This document shows positions 63,931-64,000 of a stretch of DNA of 64,000 bases, one piece after another. Every line of letters starts with the position of its first letter. Position 1 is the stretch's first letter. The DNA is taken from the NCBI RefSeq assembly GCF_000189555.1, contig NC_017276.1, one strand, 5' to 3'. This stretch comes from Saccharolobus islandicus REY15A (lineage in GTDB: Archaea > Thermoproteota > Thermoprotei_A > Sulfolobales > Sulfolobaceae). The notes beneath the pieces are model-generated. The model was given only the letters and a program-made list of their open reading frames with translations, had not been told where the DNA came from and made no database searches. The translations under genes and the position numbers were made by a program.

Positions 63931-64000
63931 CAATGACAATCATTCCATTTTACGTTTTATCTAAATTATACAAACGTTTTTCTTTCTATATGGCCTAAAC

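Overview
AT-rich crenarchaeal chromosome segment, almost certainly Saccharolobus (Sulfolobus) islandicus or a close relative. This rests on Sul7d, the zinc ferredoxin, malonyl-CoA reductase of the 3HP/4HB cycle, and Sulfolobus-type IS elements. It is mostly core metabolic and housekeeping genes (about 60 CDS); I saw no rRNA, tRNA or CRISPR array. The non-routine parts are: (1) A type IV pilin locus with two pilin genes in a perfect 487-bp inverted repeat that includes the core promoter. The repeat brackets a degenerate ABC/AAA_21-like ATPase and a nested IS630-in-IS1. The left pilin heads a tightly coupled cluster (two paralogous surface proteins, the first broken by one extra T in a T7 run, a GT-C-like polytopic protein, and a permease). 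(2) A ~313-bp non-autonomous IS200/IS605 element (SMN1-like) that keeps a TATA box and the tnpB-3'/omegaRNA region, split exactly at its right-end hairpin loop by an intact ISH3-family IS. (3) A split FluG/NodGS-like pair (GS-like ligase plus amidohydrolase). (4) A sedolisin plus PNGase A operon. (5) Two genes whose essential N-terminal motifs lie upstream of any ATG/GTG/TTG, implying ATA/ATT starts. (6) An RHH-DUF5678 plus aspartic protease pair. (7) A split glutamine-dependent NAD synthetase. (8) 18-bp direct repeats after icd that probably belong to replication origin oriC2. All family names come from motif recognition by eye; no database searches were run.
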